Positions 60,535 through 64,000 of a stretch of 64,000 bases of DNA are shown here, piece by piece (position 1 is the stretch's first letter; each line of letters opens with the position of its first letter). The position numbers were made by a program, and so were the translations under genes. This DNA is from Oligoflexales bacterium (GTDB taxonomy: Bacteria > Bdellovibrionota_B > Oligoflexia > Oligoflexales > Bog-1112): positions 34,233 through 98,232 of the forward strand of contig JBGCEP010000030.1 of NCBI GenBank assembly GCA_045106415.1, written 5' to 3'. The notes under the pieces were generated by a model. That model saw nothing but the letters and a program-made list of their open reading frames with translations. It was not told the origin of the DNA and made no database searches.

Positions 60535-60630
60535 CAATTCCTCCAAAGTCGGGCGATTCCGCTTTCATATGCCATTGGCTAGACCGCGATCAAGTAACTT
60601 TTCGGGAAGACACAAGGTGAACTTAACGAT

Positions 60631-60668
60631 AAAAATAAACCCTTCATTTCATAAATAAAATGAAGGGT
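60631..60668 (-). terminator. Rho-independent terminator after the M48 peptidase gene
   Basis: ACCCTTCATTT / AAATGAAGGGT stem followed by a T-rich run on the minus strand. Confidence 0.7.
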
Positions 60669-60714
60669 ATTCAAGAAATCAGGCTAACAAAGCCACCACA
60701 CTATTAAGACCAAA

Positions 60715-61941
60715 TCATAGCGCAGACAGACGCTCTAGTATCGGAGGATGCGAATGGTAGACCTTAGAGTATAAAGGGTGACACAGAGGCATTGAATGGT
60801 TGTGTTTGGAAAGCTTTTTAAGCGCTGACCCCAAATCTTTTGTATATCTCATCGCAAATTCATCAGCTTCAAACTCATGCTTACGCGAACTCCTTGAGCT
60901 CAAAGGTGTCACAAAAACCTGCACCAAAGGCCACCATAACGACGACACAAATAAAACCCCAAAGACTGTCGACGAAAGACCAAGGCTTTCTGTGAATTCT
61001 GGCGTTTGACTCAAACACCACAAACCAAAAAACACAGCAAAAATCATCACAATCGAAACACCTAACCTTTTTTTGATGTGGTGACATTTAAAATGCCCAA
61101 GTTCATGAGCTAAAACAGAGAGGATTTCCGAAATAGACATACTTGTAACAAGGGTGTCGAATAGAACAATTTTTTTGCTTTTAAAGAGTCCTGTAAAATA
61201 TGCATTCCCATGACTACTTCGAATCGAAGCATCCATAATAGAAACTTCTGAAGCCTCAAAACCCACATCTGTACAAAGCTTAGAAATTCCACTTTGCAGC
61301 TCACCTTCTTCTAAAGGCCTAAATTTATTAAATAAAGGAGAAATAAAAACAGGAACAAGCCATGAAGTTAGAATCATAAAACCAACCAGTAAAGCGGCAG
61401 CCATCCACCACCAAGAATCAGGATATGAGGCCATCACCCATAAAACACTCGCAAGTATCGGGATTGATAATAAAAAAGAAACAACAAACATTTTCAGTTG
61501 ATCAAGCACCCAAGAGCCAAGTGTTTGTTTATTAAACCCAAAAGATTCTTCGATACAAAACGTGTGATAATAATCCCATGGCCACTGCATCAATTGCCCT
61601 AGAAGAGTTAAGCCCATTAAAAAGACAAGCCCTTGTTGCAATTCAGAATGCGGAGCAACACTTACACTGAATGTTTCCCACCATGTGAAAAAACCAAGAT
61701 GCAGCGCAATCAACAACAGTGAGACGTCAAATATAGAACTCCAAAAACCAAAACGATCTTTCGCCTTAGTATATTCAAAAGCTTTTTTAAATTCTGCCTC
61801 AGAAATATCCAATGTCTGCATGACGCTGTCTTGTTTATCCACATCCGAATAATAACGCCCATTCAACCATTGTAGATAAGCTTCCCACGCCCATTGCGTG
61901 ACCTTTAACACAGTGAATATATAAATTATATTAGCAATCAT
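60715..61941 (-). CDS. Ste24/M48 family membrane zinc metalloprotease
   Basis: IEESFGFNK, DAS.RSSHGNAYFTG, VLAHELGH, EFEAD, HSHPPILER. Confidence 0.93.
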   Translation of the reverse strand: MIANIIYIFTVLKVTQWAWEAYLQWLNGRYYSDVDKQDSVMQTLDISEAEFKKAFEYTKAKDRFGFWSSIFDVSLLLIALHLGFFTWWETFSVSVAPHSELQQGLVFLMGLTLLGQLMQWPWDYYHTFCIEESFGFNKQTLGSWVLDQLKMFVVSFLLSIPILASVLWVMASYPDSWWWMAAALLVGFMILTSWLVPVFISPLFNKFRPLEEGELQSGISKLCTDVGFEASEVSIMDASIRSSHGNAYFTGLFKSKKIVLFDTLVTSMSISEILSVLAHELGHFKCHHIKKRLGVSIVMIFAVFFGLWCLSQTPEFTESLGLSSTVFGVLFVSSLWWPLVQVFVTPLSSRSSRKHEFEADEFAMRYTKDLGSALKKLSKHNHSMPLCHPLYSKVYHSHPPILERLSAL

Positions 61942-61969
61942 TAAAGTTCTCCCTTAGTATTGCCGATAA
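61942..61969 (+). promoter_or_regulatory. Sigma28 (FliA)-type promoter
   Basis: TAAAGTTC-N12-GCCGATAA, near-consensus; overlaps the RBS of the divergent M48 gene. Confidence 0.7.
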
Positions 61970-62079
61970 GAGCCGCAGACACATTGTTGATGCAACTCAT
62001 GGAGATTAGGCAAATTGCATATAAAATGCAATGTGATCATGTTGTAGAACTCGATATTGCAGTAGCGGAGAGCGGACAG

Positions 62080-62712
62080 ATGACTTACAAAATTATTCTC
62101 ATTGATGACCACGACATTGTCCGAGAGGGTCTCACAACCATCCTCAGCGCGACAGATGAGTTTAAAGTTGTAGGGAGTTACTCAGGTATAAGCGAAGCTC
62201 TCACAAGCTCACAGCTGACTGATTGCGACCTTATCATCTCTGACATCTGCATTCCTGGGGAAGATGTTTTTCAGCTTGTTGCAGACGCAGATAAATCACG
62301 AAAATCAAAACTTAACATTATGTATATTACTGCATATGTTTCAGAAACAAATATTTCTCGAGTCACACGCTCACAGTCTTGCGGGCTTTTAGAAAAGACA
62401 GCGGCTCCACAGGTGCTTTTGGAAGGGATTCGAAAAGCGTGCCACGGAGAAGTTTTCTACACACCTCGAGTCGCTCATCTTATCGCGCTCGGGACACAAC
62501 CCACATTTATTTTTGAAAGGCTCAGTCGACGAGAAGTAGAAATATTCACTCTCTTAGCTGAAGGTCTCACTATTGCCACAGTAGCGAAAAAATTATTTAT
62601 TAGCCCTAAAACCGTTGAAAAGCATAAATATACTCTCATGCAAAAATTAGAATTACCTAACATGCAAGCCTTAGTACGATACGCTGTAAGAGAAGGTGTC
62701 GTTGCCCCTTAG
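62080..62712 (+). CDS. NarL/LuxR family response regulator
   Basis: IILIDDHDIVREG, DLIISDICIPG, LSRRE...ISPKTVEKH..LMQKL. Confidence 0.92.
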   Translation: MTYKIILIDDHDIVREGLTTILSATDEFKVVGSYSGISEALTSSQLTDCDLIISDICIPGEDVFQLVADADKSRKSKLNIMYITAYVSETNISRVTRSQSCGLLEKTAAPQVLLEGIRKACHGEVFYTPRVAHLIALGTQPTFIFERLSRREVEIFTLLAEGLTIATVAKKLFISPKTVEKHKYTLMQKLELPNMQALVRYAVREGVVAP

Positions 62713-62892
62713 ACTTCAGCGCTTCAAAATTATTCGACCGATTTTCATACAAAGGTACATAGAGAACACCAATTTTTTTCTTCGAAACAGCGATTTTTTT
62801 GCAAAATTACATAAAACTCCCCATACCCATCCCAAAAACCTTCAGGTAAATTAAAAATTCCAGATGCTTCTTTTACGAAGGTTAAATTCATC

Positions 62893-63546
62893 GTGCAAAC
62901 AATCCACCCACTCATTCGAGTTCAAACTCTTTTAGACCAAGATATTTTACATATGGGTGTCCAACAGATCTTAAAAGCACATTCTTTTATTGAAGTAACA
63001 TCTACTCACACAGATGCCCACATCGCCATGGAAAAAGCATCTCAAACACCACCACAAGTTTTTATTACCTATGCTCAACTGTCATCAGGAAATCCATACC
63101 AACTCGCAAAACATTTCCAAAAGCACCACAAAACAAAAACTATTTTTTTAACATCTCACGCAACTTCTGAAAATGAAACACATCATGCCATCGAGCATGG
63201 CGTCCTAGGAATTCTCAACACCAATTGCTCAGGTTCCGAGCTTCTTGCTGCAATACAAAGCGTTGCAAAACACAAAACATATTTCACAGATCGCTTAAAG
63301 CAGCTCATCACACAAACGCCACACAAACCTCTCCTCACTCCACGTAGACACCGCCTTAGCCCACGGGAAATCGACGTCCTTAGATGCCTAGGGTCAGGCC
63401 TACGCGCGTCTCAGATTAGTGATGAATTAAGTATCGCCGTCAAAACAGTTGACCGCCATAAGTCCAACATCATGACAAAACTCGGGCTTTATTCTCAAGT
63501 CCATCTGGCTCTTTACGCAGTTCGAGAAGGGGTGACTCCTCTCTAA
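62893..63546 (+). CDS. NarL/LuxR family regulator with degenerate receiver domain
   Basis: LSPREIDVL...KTVDRHKSNIMTKLG HTH; the receiver has VFITYAQL where the phospho-Asp is expected. Confidence 0.88.
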   Translation: MQTIHPLIRVQTLLDQDILHMGVQQILKAHSFIEVTSTHTDAHIAMEKASQTPPQVFITYAQLSSGNPYQLAKHFQKHHKTKTIFLTSHATSENETHHAIEHGVLGILNTNCSGSELLAAIQSVAKHKTYFTDRLKQLITQTPHKPLLTPRRHRLSPREIDVLRCLGSGLRASQISDELSIAVKTVDRHKSNIMTKLGLYSQVHLALYAVREGVTPL

Positions 63547-63699
63547 ACCTCTCATAAAGTTTGACAAGATTTCTATTTGAGCCTCGCTCTACTGATAATG
63601 GACCTATCAAAATCTATCCATATTACAGCTGTTCCTACTAGTGATCCGTTGATTCTTGACCTCAATTTTCTTCTCACCAATATATTTTTAATTAGCAAT

Positions 63700-63897
63700 A
63701 AGAATCGACCGGCCACATAGGACTCTTGTCATTATGATTTTTTGATAAACGCTAAAAAATTGAGACTCTCTCAAATCTGTGCACGAGACCAACGATTGAA
63801 ATGATGATAAAGCGTCTTCCATGATGGAAAGTCATTTGGTAGGCCACGCCACTTTATACCCCTCTATTTCCTTATAAAAAAGCACAAAACAAATCTG
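63700..63897 (-). pseudogene. IS5-family transposase remnant (DUF4096-type N-terminus)
   Basis: 63860-63771 reads GIKWRGLPNDFPSWKTLYHHFNRWSRAQI*; upstream DLFCAFL* lies in another frame; stops and a frameshift; boundaries approximate. Confidence 0.8.
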
Positions 63898-64000
63898 CTA
63901 TACATCAATACTTTGCTCTTTTAAAGAGTCTATCTTATCAAGAGTTTTTACAAGCATACGATCACGAGTCGTTGTTAACTTTTGATATTCAGCACTCGCA
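63898..64000 (-). CDS. 3' end of a gene continuing beyond the window
   Basis: Open frame ASAEYQKLTTTRDRMLVKTLDKIDSLKEQSIDV-TAG. Confidence 0.45.
   Translation of the reverse strand, partial: ASAEYQKLTTTRDRMLVKTLDKIDSLKEQSIDV

Noticed and set aside
60561..60574. Sigma54 promoter upstream of the Ig-repeat lipoprotein (TGGCATATGAAAGC)
   Set aside because: GG-to-GC spacing is 9, not the required 10.
220..62663. Numerous short (60-160 aa) ORFs nested in or antisense to long genes
   Set aside because: They overlap well-supported genes and lack motifs or RBS; treated as shadow ORFs.

Overview
AT-rich bacterial chromosomal segment. By gene content it resembles a flagellated Bdellovibrionota/Oligoflexia-type (former deltaproteobacterial) organism; this is an inference, not a database result. 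From left to right it holds: the 3' end of putP; a prkA-yeaH-spoVR operon with a FlgT-like/beta-barrel gene; prfB with its programmed +1 frameshift; flbD-motA-motB plus a TPR gene and an atypical MCP; an fmt operon; and a sigma54-driven flagellar operon (TPR, sensor-less EBP, flgBC, fliEF, fliHIJ, motE) that lacks fliG. Next come hldE, tRNA-Met, a thiolase, and a lytic transglycosylase + TPR cluster resembling gliding (Glt/Nfs) envelope modules. A ~9.5 kb accessory block between two convergent tRNA-Pro genes holds a signal-peptide RING-finger protein, orphan proteins, soxCD and a stand-alone zinc-free rpsD. The window ends with mnmD, an ABC exporter, folD, a lipoprotein with nine Cys-bracketed Ig-like repeats, an M48 protease, two LuxR/NarL regulators behind a sigma28-type promoter, and an IS5 remnant. 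No CRISPR array, rRNA, integrase or prophage was seen. The most interesting leads are the secreted eukaryote-like RING protein, the putative PflA/PflB-like motor scaffold genes with a FleT-like regulator, and the SLT-TPR module.
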